Below the pieces are notes generated by a model. The model ran no database searches, was not told where the DNA came from, and saw only the letters and a list, made by a program, of their open reading frames with translations. A program made the translations under genes and the position numbers. Shown here piece by piece: positions 18,264-30,649 of a stretch of DNA of 64,000 nt. The stretch lies in contig JAYRSY010000006.1 in the NCBI GenBank assembly GCA_041919915.1, positions 35,238 through 99,237 on the forward strand, in the 5' to 3' direction. Positions within the stretch are counted from its first letter, which is position 1. Every line of letters starts with the position of its first letter. Origin of the DNA: Lysobacteraceae bacterium (lineage in GTDB: Bacteria > Pseudomonadota > Gammaproteobacteria > Xanthomonadales > Xanthomonadaceae).

Positions 18264-21137
18264 ATGAGCAAGCTGCGCCGTAATCGCCTGACGGCCGCCG
18301 TCCACCTGACGTTGCTTCTCGCGCTGCCCGGCATCGCCGCGGCGCAGGACGCTTCGCAGGAAGAGAGCACCCTCGACACGATCAGTGTCACCGGCACCCG
18401 CATCAAGCAGACCAACGCCGTCACCGCCCAACCGGTGTACGTCATCGACCGCGCCAAGATCCAGGAAAGCGGTGTCGCCAGCGTCGGCGAACTGCTGCAG
18501 CAGCTCACCGCCAGCGGCAAGGCGCTGAACGCCAAGTTCAACTCCTCGGGCAATTTCGGCTATCCGCCGGACGGCGGCGGCATCGGCGCCGGTTCGGCCC
18601 AGGTCGACCTGCGCAACCTCGGCTCGCAGCGCGTGCTGGTCCTCGTCGACGGCATCCGCTGGGTCAACGAATCCTCGGCCTCGGGCGTCAGCGGCAGCGC
18701 CGACCTCAACACCATCCCGCTGGCCATCATCGAGCGCGTCGAAGTGCTCGAGGACGGCGCCTCGGCGATCTACGGCTCCGACGCCATCGCCGGCGTGGTC
18801 AACATCATCACCCGCAAGAACTTCCAGGGCGCCGAGCTGCACACCTACTACGGCGAATACAGCCGCGGCGGCGAAACCAAGGAAGGCTCCTTCACCTTCG
18901 GCACCGGCGGCGACGGCTGGAACGCGGTGCTCGGTGCCAGCTACTACGAGCAGGAGCGGATCAGTTCGGGCGACTGGGGGCAGTCGTCCGAGTGCGAACC
19001 CGGCGCCGGTCTCGCCGCCTGCAGTTCGGGGACCCCGCAGGGACGTTTCGTCTTTTTCGACCCGACCAACACCACGTTCTACAACATCACCCTGAATCCG
19101 GGCACCACCACGCCGGTATTCGTGCCGGGCAACCCGAATGGCGGCACCTACAACGCCTTCGACAGTTCCGATCGCTTCAATTACGCGCCGTTCAACCTGC
19201 TGCTGACCCCGAGCGAGCGCAAGTCGCTGTTCGCCAGCATCAACATCGATCTGAGCGACAATACCCGCCTGCACATCAAGGGCCTGTTCAACAATCGCCA
19301 GTCGACCAACCAGGCGGCGCCGGAACCGATCTTCGTAGGCCCGGGCGCCGGCACCGGCGGCATCGCCGACACCATCTCGATCCCGGCGAATCACCCCTTC
19401 AATCCGTTCGGTTTCGCTCTTGACGGGAGCAACAACTTCGTCTTCATCGGCCGTCGTCCGCTCGAAGTCGGGCCGCGCATCTTCCAGCAGAACGTCGATA
19501 CCTGGTACTTCAATGTCGGTCTCGACGGCCTGCTCGATTTCGGCGATCGCAGCTACGGCTGGGACGCCAACTACGTGCATACCCGCAACTCGGCGACCCA
19601 GCGCTTCACCAACGGCTACAACGTCGCCCACATCCGCACCGCGCTCGGCGATCCGACCGTCTGCGCCGCGACCCCGGGCTGCACCCCGCTGGATCTCTTT
19701 GGCGGCCAGGGCCGGCCGTTCACCCGCCAGATGATCGACTGGATCATCACCAACCAGCGCGATGCCAGCACCCAGGAACTGGACATCTTCTCGTTCAACA
19801 TCACCGGCGATCTGTTCTCGATCGGCGATCGCACGGCCGGTTTCGCCGCCGGTACCGAATATCGTCGTTACAAGGGTGATTTCGATCCCGACCCGCTGCG
19901 TCAGACTGGCGAATCGCAGGATTCCTTCGCGGCGCCGGTGTCGGCGACCTACGATGTGACCGAGGTGTACGGCGAATTCAACTTCCCGGTGCTCGCGACC
20001 CTCGACCTCACCGCTGCGCTGCGTTGGTCGGATTATTCGACTTTCGGCAGCACCACCACCGGCAAGGTCGGTTTCCGCTGGCAGCCGATCGAAGACCTCG
20101 TCGTCCGCGGCACCTACTCGCAGGGCTTCCGCGCGCCGAACCTTGGCGAGCTGTATGGCCTGACCCAGTTCGGCGCCACGCTGGTCGATCCTTGCGGCCC
20201 GACCGGCGCTCCCGTGGTGGACCGCACCGATGGCGTGTCGGCGGGTCTGGAAGCGGCCTGCGTCGCGCAGGGCGTTCCGGACAACTTCGAACAGGCCAAT
20301 ACCCAGATCACCACCTTCACCGGCGGCAATCCGGATCTGGATCCGGAAGAGTCGGACAGCTGGACTGTCGGTCTGGTCTACAGCCCCGGTTGGGCTGAGG
20401 ACGCCTCCTGGTCGCGCAAGCTCGATTTCGAAGTCAGCTACTACGATCATGAAATCGAGGGTGCCGTCCAGTCCCGCGACCTGCAGACGTTGCTCGTCGC
20501 CTGCTACAACGAGGGCAACGGGACGGATCCGCGGCTGTGCTCGCCGTTCACCCGCCAGGGCAACGGCAATCTCAACCCGCCGAACAACTTCCTGCAGAAC
20601 TTCGGTACCGTCGAGACCAGTGGTGCCGACCTCAAGATCAACTGGCTCAGCCCCGAATGGGGCTTCGGCAGTCTGAGCGCTGGTCTGCAGACCACCTGGG
20701 TGCGCGATTACAAGGCGATCGACGGCGACGGTATCCGTTCGTCGCGCCGGGTCGGCGTCGAAGTCAATGACAGTGCGATCCCCGAGTGGCAGACCAATCT
20801 GCAACTGGGCTGGCACAAGGGCAACTTCGACTTCACCTATGGCGTTCGCCATATCGATGCCGTCGAGGAAGACTGCAACAACGCGACCATCGCCACCGTG
20901 CCGAACTGTCTGACGCCGGGCAACATCAACACGCTGGGTGCCGTCACCTATCACGACATGCAGTTCTCGTGGAAGGATGCGTTCACGCTTGAGGGTCTCA
21001 AGCTGTCGCTCGGCGCCAACAACGTGTTCGGCAAGGAGCCGCCGGTGTGCGTGACCTGCTCGTTGAACGGCTACGACGCCGGTACCTACGATCTGCCGGG
21101 TTCGTTCTGGTACATGAGCGCCGATTACCGCTTCTGA
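18264..21137 (+). CDS. TonB-dependent outer-membrane receptor
   Basis: Inside ORF 16959..21137. GGAGAG sits 7 nt before the ATG. Signal peptide, TonB box DTISVTGTR, plug motifs ([31 protein letters not shown]), and C-terminal ...DYRF. Confidence 0.92.
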   Translation: MSKLRRNRLTAAVHLTLLLALPGIAAAQDASQEESTLDTISVTGTRIKQTNAVTAQPVYVIDRAKIQESGVASVGELLQQLTASGKALNAKFNSSGNFGYPPDGGGIGAGSAQVDLRNLGSQRVLVLVDGIRWVNESSASGVSGSADLNTIPLAIIERVEVLEDGASAIYGSDAIAGVVNIITRKNFQGAELHTYYGEYSRGGETKEGSFTFGTGGDGWNAVLGASYYEQERISSGDWGQSSECEPGAGLAACSSGTPQGRFVFFDPTNTTFYNITLNPGTTTPVFVPGNPNGGTYNAFDSSDRFNYAPFNLLLTPSERKSLFASINIDLSDNTRLHIKGLFNNRQSTNQAAPEPIFVGPGAGTGGIADTISIPANHPFNPFGFALDGSNNFVFIGRRPLEVGPRIFQQNVDTWYFNVGLDGLLDFGDRSYGWDANYVHTRNSATQRFTNGYNVAHIRTALGDPTVCAATPGCTPLDLFGGQGRPFTRQMIDWIITNQRDASTQELDIFSFNITGDLFSIGDRTAGFAAGTEYRRYKGDFDPDPLRQTGESQDSFAAPVSATYDVTEVYGEFNFPVLATLDLTAALRWSDYSTFGSTTTGKVGFRWQPIEDLVVRGTYSQGFRAPNLGELYGLTQFGATLVDPCGPTGAPVVDRTDGVSAGLEAACVAQGVPDNFEQANTQITTFTGGNPDLDPEESDSWTVGLVYSPGWAEDASWSRKLDFEVSYYDHEIEGAVQSRDLQTLLVACYNEGNGTDPRLCSPFTRQGNGNLNPPNNFLQNFGTVETSGADLKINWLSPEWGFGSLSAGLQTTWVRDYKAIDGDGIRSSRRVGVEVNDSAIPEWQTNLQLGWHKGNFDFTYGVRHIDAVEEDCNNATIATVPNCLTPGNINTLGAVTYHDMQFSWKDAFTLEGLKLSLGANNVFGKEPPVCVTCSLNGYDAGTYDLPGSFWYMSADYRF

Positions 21138-21163
21138 TTGAAGGTTTCGGGTCCTGCATGACG

Positions 21164-21191
21164 GAAACGGCCGGGGAAACCCGGCCGTTTC
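21164..21191. terminator. bidirectional stem-loop
   Basis: GAAACGGCCGGG-gaaa-CCCGGCCGTTTC lies between the convergent TBDR and GlxA-type genes. Confidence 0.7.
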
Positions 21192-21276
21192 TCATTGCGA
21201 TCAGGTGCCTTGGACAGAAAGTGTCCAGCATGGGAGCGCCGCACCATCGCGCATCCGCTCGGACCGACCGTTGCGG

Positions 21277-22257
21277 TCAGCGCGCGACCACCGCCGGCCG
21301 ATACCGGCTGGGATTCGCGCCGGTGATTTTCTTCATCAGCCGGCGCAGGGCGGTGGCATCGCCGTAGCCCACGGCTTCGGCGACCTGTTCGACGGTCATG
21401 CGGCTGGTTTCCAGCAGCACGCGGGCGCGTCTGAGGCGAATGCTCTGCACGAGTGCGGTCGTGCTTTTGCCGGTCGCGCGATGCAGGTGGCGCGACAGCG
21501 TGCGTTCGGACATGCCGAACTCCTGCGCCAGTTCGAACACGGTCGGCGGATTCGGCAATGCGGATTCGATGCGCGTCGCGATGCGGGCGACCAGTGCGTT
21601 GCCGCCGGCCTGCAGCTCCGGGACGATGAATGGCGCCTGCGCTTCGCGGCCGTCGATCAACAATGATCGCGAGACCGCGTCGGCGAGTGCGTTGCCGCTG
21701 CATTCGCGCAGCAGATGCAGCATCAGGTCGGTCTGCGCGAACGCCGCGCCTGCGGTGATGATCGGGCCATCCATGCACACCATGCGGTCGGCGTCGACCA
21801 TGCATGTCGGGGTCATCCGCTTCAGCAGGGGCGCGAGCCACCAGGTCGTGGTGGCGCGGCGCCCGTCGAGCAGGCCGGCGGCCATGAGCAGGAAGACCGC
21901 CGAGCACGAGGCCGCGACGCGTCCGCCGTGTTTCGCGTGGCGCGCGATGGCGTCGATCGCGGCGATCGCATCGGCATGATCGAGTCGCGCTTCCAGTGCC
22001 GCGGGCGTGACGTGACCAATCCCGGGCAGCACCCAGGTCGAGCGATCCTGCCGTGATCTCGCCGGCAATCTGACGGTGTCGATCGAGAATCCGCCCTGCA
22101 GGCGGACCGGACCGCCGTCGAGCGAGCAGAGCCGCCATCGCGGCGCGGTGGCGCCCGTGCGCGTCGCCAACATGCCGGCAGCCGATAACACGTCGCGCGT
22201 GACCGCCACGCTGGTCGGGTATGCGTCTTCGAGAATCAGGACGGTGAAATCGTGCAT
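21277..22257 (-). CDS. GlxA family (DJ-1/PfpI domain + AraC HTH) transcriptional regulator
   Basis: ORF 21277..22320 with the start at Met22. The N-terminal DJ-1-like region includes a SCSAVFLL nucleophile elbow. The C-terminus has an AraC HTH (MSERTLSRHL...VGYGDATALRRLMKK). Confidence 0.85.
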   Translation of the reverse strand: MHDFTVLILEDAYPTSVAVTRDVLSAAGMLATRTGATAPRWRLCSLDGGPVRLQGGFSIDTVRLPARSRQDRSTWVLPGIGHVTPAALEARLDHADAIAAIDAIARHAKHGGRVAASCSAVFLLMAAGLLDGRRATTTWWLAPLLKRMTPTCMVDADRMVCMDGPIITAGAAFAQTDLMLHLLRECSGNALADAVSRSLLIDGREAQAPFIVPELQAGGNALVARIATRIESALPNPPTVFELAQEFGMSERTLSRHLHRATGKSTTALVQSIRLRRARVLLETSRMTVEQVAEAVGYGDATALRRLMKKITGANPSRYRPAVVAR

Positions 22258-22355
22258 GTCGGATAACGCCTGAAAAATGTTCGGGCGGACACTGCCATTC
22301 TTTCCCTCGTCACGTTCCAATACAAGCCCCGGACGGTGCGAGGTGCGAAGCGACG

Positions 22356-23201
22356 ATGGCAGACGAGCGGGACATGCATCGACACGATGCGCTCGAGGAC
22401 TTCGATCCGCGCGAGGTGGACATCGAAGGCGTCGTCAAGCGCGTGTACGTGGCCGGCCGCGGTCCGGCGGTGATCGTGATGACCGAGATGCCAGGGATCA
22501 GTCCGCACGTCGCGCGGTTCGCGCGCTGGGTGCGCGAGGCCGGTTTCACCGTCTACATGCCGTCGTTGTTCGGCCGCGATGGCGCCGTTCCGGACGCGGA
22601 GGAAGGTCTGGCGATCATGAGGCGCGCCTGCGTCGGTGCGGAGTTCCGGGCCTTCGCGTCGAACGAATCCAGTCCGGTCACGCAGTGGCTGCGCGCGCTC
22701 GCGCGACGGGCGCATGCGGAGTGCGGCGGTCCGGGCGTGGGCGCGATCGGCATGTGCTTCACCGGCAACTTCGCGCTGTCCATGATGCTGGAATCCGCGA
22801 TGCTGGCGCCGGTCGTGTGCCAGCCCTCGCTGCCGATCGACGATCCCGCGGGCATGAACGTGGCCGCGGACGAGCTCGCCGCGGTACGCGCACGGTTGGA
22901 GCGCGAAGACCTGACCGTCATGGCCTATCGTTTCGAAGGTGATCGCCATTGCCGGGCGGAACGATTCGCGGCGTTCGCGACGGCGCTCGGTCCGCGGTTC
23001 GTCGCGCGGGTGCTGCCCGACAGCGCGGCCAATTCGCGGACACCGCCGTTCTTCGACAAGGTGGTGGCCTCGCCTCACAGCGTGGTCACCGCGCATCTCA
23101 TCGATGCGGCCGGCCAGCCCACGATCGCCGCGCGCGACGAGATCCTCGCGTTCTTCGCACGGCGCCTGCATGCGTCGCATGTCGATGCTGTCGGTGGTTG
23201 A
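22356..23201 (+). CDS. dienelactone hydrolase family protein
   Basis: VIVMTEMPGISPHV... and the GAIGMCFTGNFAL nucleophile region; divergent from the GlxA regulator gene. Confidence 0.75.
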   Translation: MADERDMHRHDALEDFDPREVDIEGVVKRVYVAGRGPAVIVMTEMPGISPHVARFARWVREAGFTVYMPSLFGRDGAVPDAEEGLAIMRRACVGAEFRAFASNESSPVTQWLRALARRAHAECGGPGVGAIGMCFTGNFALSMMLESAMLAPVVCQPSLPIDDPAGMNVAADELAAVRARLEREDLTVMAYRFEGDRHCRAERFAAFATALGPRFVARVLPDSAANSRTPPFFDKVVASPHSVVTAHLIDAAGQPTIAARDEILAFFARRLHASHVDAVGG

Positions 23202-23402
23202 CGCCATGCCGCATGGCCGGTGCTCCGCGGCGAATGCGATCCCACACGCGTCGAGCCTGTTTCGGCGTGGACATCCCTCGCCGATGCCCGCCGCTTTTTC
23301 CAATCGCCCCGGTGGAACCGTCCGCGCGCGAAGCCGGCGTGGACGCCACGGAATTCATCTGTCTGCCTGCGACCGAAGTGGGTCGCCCGTGAAGGAATGC
23401 GC

Positions 23403-24002
23403 ATGAAACTCGAATTCTGGTTCGAATTCGCAAGCACCTATTCGTACGTCACCGCGATGCGGATCGAGGAGGCGGCCGCACGTGTCGGCGTCGAGGTCGA
23501 GTGGCGCGCGTTCCTGCTCGGTCCGATCTTCCGGCAGCAGGGGTGGACCGACTCGCCGTTCAATCTGTTTCCGGCGAAGGGCCGCTACATGTGGCAGGAC
23601 CTGCAGCGGCAATGCCGCAAGCACGCGTTGCCGCTGCGGATGCCGTCGGCATTTCCGCGCAACGGTCTGCTGGCGGCGCGCATCGCCTGCGTGCATGCCG
23701 ATGCCGCATGGTTGCCCGCGTTCGTGCGGGCCGTGTATCGCGCCAACTTCGTGCAGGACGAGGACATCGCGGTCGAAACGGTGATCGCCGCCTGCCTCGC
23801 GCATGCCGGCCAGGATGCGGCATCGACCCTCGCCGAGGCGCAGTCGCCGGCAGTCAAACAGGCGCTGATCGCGCGCACCGAGGAGGCGGTCCGTCATGGC
23901 ATCTTCGGCGCGCCCTCGTTCCGGGTCGGCGACGACCTGTTCTGGGGCGACGATCGTCTTGCCGACGCGCTGGAGGCCTGCGTCGCCCTGCGGTCGCGAT
24001 GA
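23403..24002 (+). CDS. 2-hydroxychromene-2-carboxylate isomerase family (DsbA-like thioredoxin fold) protein
   Basis: ORF 23220..24002. The start is the second ATG, 6 nt after [21 protein letters not shown]... and [21 protein letters not shown] are family motifs. Confidence 0.8.
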   Translation: MKLEFWFEFASTYSYVTAMRIEEAAARVGVEVEWRAFLLGPIFRQQGWTDSPFNLFPAKGRYMWQDLQRQCRKHALPLRMPSAFPRNGLLAARIACVHADAAWLPAFVRAVYRANFVQDEDIAVETVIAACLAHAGQDAASTLAEAQSPAVKQALIARTEEAVRHGIFGAPSFRVGDDLFWGDDRLADALEACVALRSR

Positions 24003-24829
24003 CCGGCTATCTGCAACCGGAGGCGATCGGCGCCGCGTCGCGGCCGGTGACCGGCGTCGGTCTGGCGCGGTTGAAACGCAGCGGCGAGAAGATCGCCGCG
24101 CTGACCTGTTACGACGCGAGTTTCGCGACGTTGTTGAGTGACTGCGGCGTCGAAGTCCTCCTGGTCGGCGATTCGCTCGGCATGGTCTGCCAGGGGCACG
24201 CGTCGACGCTTCCGGTGACCGTGGCCGATATCGAATATCACACCCGCTGCGTCGCCCGCGGCAATCGCAAGGCGATGTTGCTGGCGGATCTGCCGTTCGG
24301 ATCGTTTTCGACGCCGCAGGACGCCTTCCTGAGTGCCGCGGCGCTGGTGCGCGCCGGCGCGCATGGCGTGAAGATCGAAGGCGGCGGCTGGCTGGCCGAG
24401 ACGGTCCGCTTCCTCACCGAACGCGCCATCCCGGTCTGCGTGCACCTGGGTCTCACACCGCAGTCGATCCACCAGCTTGGCGGCTATCGGGTGCAGGGCA
24501 GGTCGATCGAAAGCGCGGAGCAGATGCGCGCCGATGCCCTCCTGCTGCAATCGGCTGGCGCGTCGCTGGCGCTGCTGGAGGCGGTTCCGGCCGCCCTGGG
24601 CGCCGAGATCACCGCCGCGCTGACGATCCCCACCCTCGGCATCGGCGCCGGCCCGGACTGTTCGGGGCAGATCCTGGTCCTGCACGACATGCTCGACGTC
24701 TACCCGGGCATCAAGGCCCGGTTCGTGCGCGACTTCATGCTCGGCCAGTCGAGCATCCGGGCCGGGGTGATGGCCTTCGTCGCGGCGGTCAAGGACGGAT
24801 CGTTCCCCGGGCCCGAGCACTGCTTCTGA
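23999..24829 (+). CDS. panB: 3-methyl-2-oxobutanoate hydroxymethyltransferase
   Basis: Inside ORF 23501..24829. [29 protein letters not shown] and [20 protein letters not shown] are present. Its ATG overlaps the upstream stop (ATGA). Confidence 0.92.
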   Translation: MTGYLQPEAIGAASRPVTGVGLARLKRSGEKIAALTCYDASFATLLSDCGVEVLLVGDSLGMVCQGHASTLPVTVADIEYHTRCVARGNRKAMLLADLPFGSFSTPQDAFLSAAALVRAGAHGVKIEGGGWLAETVRFLTERAIPVCVHLGLTPQSIHQLGGYRVQGRSIESAEQMRADALLLQSAGASLALLEAVPAALGAEITAALTIPTLGIGAGPDCSGQILVLHDMLDVYPGIKARFVRDFMLGQSSIRAGVMAFVAAVKDGSFPGPEHCF

Positions 24830-24901
24830 GCCCGAGGCCGGGCCTGGGCTGCCGGCCGTCGCCGATCCGGGGCCCGGTGCCGGTTCGCGCATCGAAGCCC
24901 C

Positions 24902-24929
24902 CTTGAAAGCCCTGCCAGGCGCCCCATCT
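24902..24929 (+). promoter_or_regulatory. sigma-32-type heat-shock promoter of groESL
   Basis: CCCCCTTGAAA, a 13-nt spacer, then CCCCATCTC. This matches the CTTGAAA / CCCCATnT consensus. Confidence 0.65.
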
Positions 24930-24970
24930 CCCCCGGGTCCCGGCTTGCCGGGGTTTCTTTGCCTCCGGTT

Positions 24971-24997
24971 TTGGCACTCCCGTCGGGAGACTGCTAA
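24971..24997 (+). promoter_or_regulatory. CIRCE-like inverted repeat (HrcA operator)
   Basis: TTGGCACTC-ccgtcggga-GACTGCTAA compared with the consensus TTAGCACTC-N9-GAGTGCTAA. It ends about 47 nt upstream of the groES ATG. Confidence 0.7.
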
Positions 24998-25043
24998 AAT
25001 CGCCGGCCTTTTCTCCACCAATCAATCACTTGCGAGGGTTCTC

Positions 25044-25334
25044 ATGAATCTCAAGCCGCTCTACGACCGCGTGGTCGTCAAGCCGATCGAAGCCGAAGAA
25101 ACGACCGCCGGCGGGATCATCATCCCCGACGCCGCCAAGGAAAAGCCGACCAAGGGCGAAATCGTCGCCGTCGGCGAGGGCAAGTTCATCGACGCCACCG
25201 GCAACACCCGCGCGCCGAAGGTCAAGGTCGGCGACAAGGTGATCTACGGCCAGTACTCGGGTTCGGCCTACAAGCAGGACGGCGTCGAGTACAAGATCAT
25301 CAAGGAAGACGACATCCTCGCGATCGTCGGCTGA
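25044..25334 (+). CDS. groES: co-chaperonin GroES
   Basis: [35 protein letters not shown]..., 96 aa, within ORF 24903..25334. Confidence 0.97.
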   Translation: MNLKPLYDRVVVKPIEAEETTAGGIIIPDAAKEKPTKGEIVAVGEGKFIDATGNTRAPKVKVGDKVIYGQYSGSAYKQDGVEYKIIKEDDILAIVG

Positions 25335-25404
25335 TTCCGCGATCGGTGCGCGAAGGGCGGGTTTCGACCCGCCGTCGCGGCCTCTTCGATGAAGGTCGCG
25401 ATGA

Positions 25405-27147
<1,743 letters not shown>

Positions 27148-27176
27148 TCCATCCAGCCTGCGACGTTCACGGAAAA

Positions 27177-27199
27177 CCCCGCAGAAATGCGGGGTTTTT
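27177..27199 (+). terminator. intrinsic terminator after groEL
   Basis: CCCCGC-agaaat-GCGGGG followed by TTTTTCTTTT. Confidence 0.8.
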
Positions 27200-27406
27200 C
27201 TTTTGTCCGGGCGCGTTCATCCATCTGCGGTCGCTCGCCGTCGCATGGTCGTGCCCCGCGATAGCCCTGGCTCGCTTCCTGAGGCCTTGTGTGCTGCAGG
27301 CCACGACCTCCGGCACTTGCCGCGGCGAAGGACTGCGGCATGATCGCCGCGGGGTCCGTGCGGCGGTGCCGCGCGGGCGGACGACGACAACCTCCGGAGA
27401 ATCTTC

Positions 27407-29533
27407 ATGATCCGTGGCATCACCACCGCGCTGGTCGCGGCGCTGTGCGTGGGGGGCTTCGCGCCCGTGCAGGCACAGGCGAAGAAAGAGCCGTTCACCG
27501 TCGAGCGCAGCTGGCAGATCCAGCGCATCGGCGCGCCCACGCTGTCGCGCGACGGCCGGATCGCGATCGCGCCGGTCACGCGCTTCGCGATGGACGAGGA
27601 CAAGGGCTACACCGATCTGTGGATATGGAACACCGACGGCAGCGGCCAGCGGCGTTTCACCACCGATGCCGCGAACGACGGCGCGCCGGCGATCAGTCCG
27701 GACGGCAGGTACGTCGCCTTCACCTCGCAGCGTGGCGACGACAAGGCGCCGCAGTTGTACGTGATGCCGCTCGGCGGTGGCGAAGCGCGGCGGCTCACGA
27801 AACTCGCGACCGGCGTGCAGAGCCCGAAATGGTTCGGCGACGGCAAGCGGTTGGCGTTCGTGTCGCGGGTGTTCGCGGATCTGGCGCTGGACCAGCAGGG
27901 CAAGCGCCTGGACGAACGCAAGGACCGCAAGATGACCGCGATGGTCTGGGATGCCGGTCCGGTGTCCGCGTGGGACCAGTATCTCGACGAACGCCAGTTC
28001 CACGTGTTCTCGGTCGCGTTCGACGCCGCTGCCGATGTCGCCGAACTGCCGCCGGTGCGGGCGCTGACCCAGCCCAGCGGTCTGCAGTTGCCGCGCAGCG
28101 CGGTGCAGGGCACCGACGGTCACTACGCGATCTCGCCCGATGGCCGCGAGCTGGCCTTCGTCGCCGATTCCGACCCGACCCCGAATCTCGCCAACAACGA
28201 TGTGTTCGTGGTCGCGATCGGCGCCGACGGCAGTGGCGGCAAGGAGGCGCGCAATCTCACCGCCGGCAACCGGGCCGGCGACGGTACACCGTTGTACAGC
28301 CCGGACGGCCGTCATCTGAGTTTCGTGCAGCAGCGGATCCGCGGCTTCTACGCCGACAAGGGCCGGCTGATGCTGCACGATCGCGGCGACGGCAGTACGC
28401 GCGAGCTCTACGCCGACTGGGATCGCAGCGCCGGTGGACTGGTGTGGGCGCGAGACGGTCGTTGTCTCTACGGCGCGATCGACGACGCCGGCACCGTGCG
28501 TGTCTACGAACTGCCGCTGCAGGGCGCGCCGCGCAAGGTCACCGGCGCGACTTCGTTCGGCGGGTTGGCGGTGGCCGACAACGGCACGCTGATCGGTCTG
28601 CGCGAAAGCTTCGTCGAGCCGCCGACCCTCGTCCGGATCGATCCGAAGACCGGCGCGGCGACGAAACTGTCGACGATCAACGACGCGCTGCTGGCCGCGA
28701 CCGATTTCGGCACCTATGAATCGGTGACCTACACCGGCGCCAACGGCAAGGACATCCAGATGTGGGTGAACTATCCGCCGGGCTTCGACAAGTCGAAACG
28801 GTATCCGTTCTTCATGCTGATCCACGGCGGACCGCACAACGCGATCACCGACGGCATGGCCTTCCGCTGGAACGCGCAGGTGTTCGGCAGCTGGGGTTAC
28901 GTCACCGCCTGGCCGAACTTCCACGGCAGTTCCGGCTTCGGCCAGGCGTTCGCCGATTCGATCAATCCGGAGTGGGCCGAACAGCCCTACCAGGACGTGA
29001 TCAAGGCGGCGGACTGGTTCGCGGCGCAGCCGTGGATCGATCGCGATCGCATGGTCGCCGGCGGGGGCAGCTATGGCGGGTATCTCACCGCGGTGATTCT
29101 GGGTCGCGAGCATCCGTTCAAGGCGCTGGTCGCGCACGCGGCGGTGTACAACCTGTACACCCAGCAGGCCGCGGATTTCTCCGCCGAGCCCGCGCGTTTC
29201 GGCGGTTTCTGGGAAGGCGAGAACCGTGAGGTGCTGGAGCGCAATTCGCCGCACCTCGGCGCCGCGCGCTTCAGGACGCCCACGCTCGTCGTGCATGGCC
29301 AGACCGATCTCCGCGTGCCGGTGAATCACGGGCTGGAGCTCTATCACACGCTGCTGAACAAGGGCGTGCCCAGTCGTTACGTCTATTACCCGAACGAGAA
29401 TCACTGGGTGCTGAAACCGCAGAATTCGGTGTTCTGGTATCAACAGGTGAAGGCGTGGTTCGACGCGCACAATCCGTCGCAGCGTGCGGCGACGGACGCG
29501 CGTGCGCCCGGCGGGAGCGCCGCCGCCGACTGA
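27407..29533 (+). CDS. S9 family peptidase (prolyl oligopeptidase / acylaminoacyl-peptidase-like), secreted
   Basis: Signal peptide MIRGITTALVAALCVGGFAPVQAQA, beta-propeller-like repeats (SPDG...), a GGSYGGY nucleophile motif, and a distal His region. Confidence 0.88.
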   Translation: MIRGITTALVAALCVGGFAPVQAQAKKEPFTVERSWQIQRIGAPTLSRDGRIAIAPVTRFAMDEDKGYTDLWIWNTDGSGQRRFTTDAANDGAPAISPDGRYVAFTSQRGDDKAPQLYVMPLGGGEARRLTKLATGVQSPKWFGDGKRLAFVSRVFADLALDQQGKRLDERKDRKMTAMVWDAGPVSAWDQYLDERQFHVFSVAFDAAADVAELPPVRALTQPSGLQLPRSAVQGTDGHYAISPDGRELAFVADSDPTPNLANNDVFVVAIGADGSGGKEARNLTAGNRAGDGTPLYSPDGRHLSFVQQRIRGFYADKGRLMLHDRGDGSTRELYADWDRSAGGLVWARDGRCLYGAIDDAGTVRVYELPLQGAPRKVTGATSFGGLAVADNGTLIGLRESFVEPPTLVRIDPKTGAATKLSTINDALLAATDFGTYESVTYTGANGKDIQMWVNYPPGFDKSKRYPFFMLIHGGPHNAITDGMAFRWNAQVFGSWGYVTAWPNFHGSSGFGQAFADSINPEWAEQPYQDVIKAADWFAAQPWIDRDRMVAGGGSYGGYLTAVILGREHPFKALVAHAAVYNLYTQQAADFSAEPARFGGFWEGENREVLERNSPHLGAARFRTPTLVVHGQTDLRVPVNHGLELYHTLLNKGVPSRYVYYPNENHWVLKPQNSVFWYQQVKAWFDAHNPSQRAATDARAPGGSAAAD

Positions 29534-29597
29534 TCGGCGGCGCGGCGGTCGATGCGCGCTTGTTGAAGCGCGATGCTCGAAGCGGATGTTCGAACAC

Positions 29598-29627
29598 CAG
29601 AGGGCCCGCTGAGAAGCGGGCCCTCTG
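29598..29627. terminator. bidirectional stem-loop
   Basis: CAGAGGGCCCGC-tgagaa-GCGGGCCCTCTG lies between the convergent S9 peptidase and Cys-rich protein genes. Confidence 0.7.
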
Positions 29628-29653
29628 TCGTCCACGCCTTCGTGACGAGGACG

Positions 29654-30649
29654 TCAATGACAGGTGGTGTAGCAGGAGATCGCGCCGAACGCGTAGTCGT
29701 CCGCCGCTTCCGTCCATTCGTCGCCGCAGGCACCGAGCTGCGAGTTGTGGTCGCGATTGCAGATGTCGTGATCGAGGCAGTCCTGGTACCAGGCGCCGAG
29801 ACCATCGCCCACGCCGCAGCCCGCGCCGCAGCGGCCCGGGCACGAACTGGCGCCGCAGCCGTAGGCCACGCTCTTGCTGGTGTAGCCGTGCGTCGGGCAG
29901 TAATCGTGGGACGAGGCGCGATAGAACACGCGGTCGTCGTCGCAGACGTCGACGATGGCGTGCAGGTTGGTGAAACTGCCGCCGCTCTGCTCGTTGCAGG
30001 CGGCGGCCATGATCTGCGGTCTGCCCAGACTTTGCCCGCCGGGCAACAGCGTGCCGGTTTCGCGGTCGAGAACGCCCGCCGGCGGGGCGATCGGCGTGGC
30101 GCCACCGCGTTTCACCACCCATTCCTGAGCGAAGGTCCTGCCCAGCGGCACTTCCGAATACATTTCCGCCAGCCGCCACAGCGCGTCGTGCGACTTCGGC
30201 ACGCGCTGGCCGCTGGTCAGCGTGGGCAGAGTGCGGCCGAGTTCGATCTGGAAGCTCTTGAGCACGGCGCGGTCCGGCGCGTCGATGACCACGCGTTCCG
30301 TGGTGCGCACCGTCATGGTGCCGGCGATGTAGTCGATGTCGTGATCGATCACGGCGCCGTTCACTTCGAGGCGGACGGTCACGCGATCCGGCGGCACGCC
30401 CTGCGCGGCGGCCTTGCCGGCGGCGAGACTGGCGGTGCGGAACGACAGCGCGCCGGACGGCGTCGCCAGCGTGCCGGCGACATCGTCGCCCGCGGTGGCG
30501 AGCACTTTCATCTGCCCGGGTTGCGCCGGCGCTTCCGCCGCGGTGACGTCGGGGGATGCGGCAGACGCCGGTCGTGCGGTCCAGACGCCGAGCGCCAGCA
30601 GCATGCTGCATGCGCCTGCGGTCAGAGAGGTCTTGAGAATCGGGTTCAT
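29654..30649 (-). CDS. secreted protein with 12-Cys C-terminal domain, possible sPLA2-like fold (hypothetical)
   Basis: ORF 29654..30781 with the start at Met45 (AAGGAG 9 nt upstream). Signal peptide MNPILKTSLTAGACSMLLALGVWTARPASA. The C-terminus contains YGCGASSCPGRCGAGCGVGDG and YQDCLDHDICN. Confidence 0.7.
   Translation of the reverse strand: MNPILKTSLTAGACSMLLALGVWTARPASAASPDVTAAEAPAQPGQMKVLATAGDDVAGTLATPSGALSFRTASLAAGKAAAQGVPPDRVTVRLEVNGAVIDHDIDYIAGTMTVRTTERVVIDAPDRAVLKSFQIELGRTLPTLTSGQRVPKSHDALWRLAEMYSEVPLGRTFAQEWVVKRGGATPIAPPAGVLDRETGTLLPGGQSLGRPQIMAAACNEQSGGSFTNLHAIVDVCDDDRVFYRASSHDYCPTHGYTSKSVAYGCGASSCPGRCGAGCGVGDGLGAWYQDCLDHDICNRDHNSQLGACGDEWTEAADDYAFGAISCYTTCH

Noticed and set aside
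16047-20954. 1635-aa minus-strand ORF spanning slt and the whole antisense of the TonB-dependent receptor gene.
   Set aside because: Only the last 677 aa (slt) look like a real protein. The rest is Arg/Ala/Gly/Asp-rich antisense reading of a well-supported plus-strand gene. Long stop-free antisense frames are expected at this GC content.
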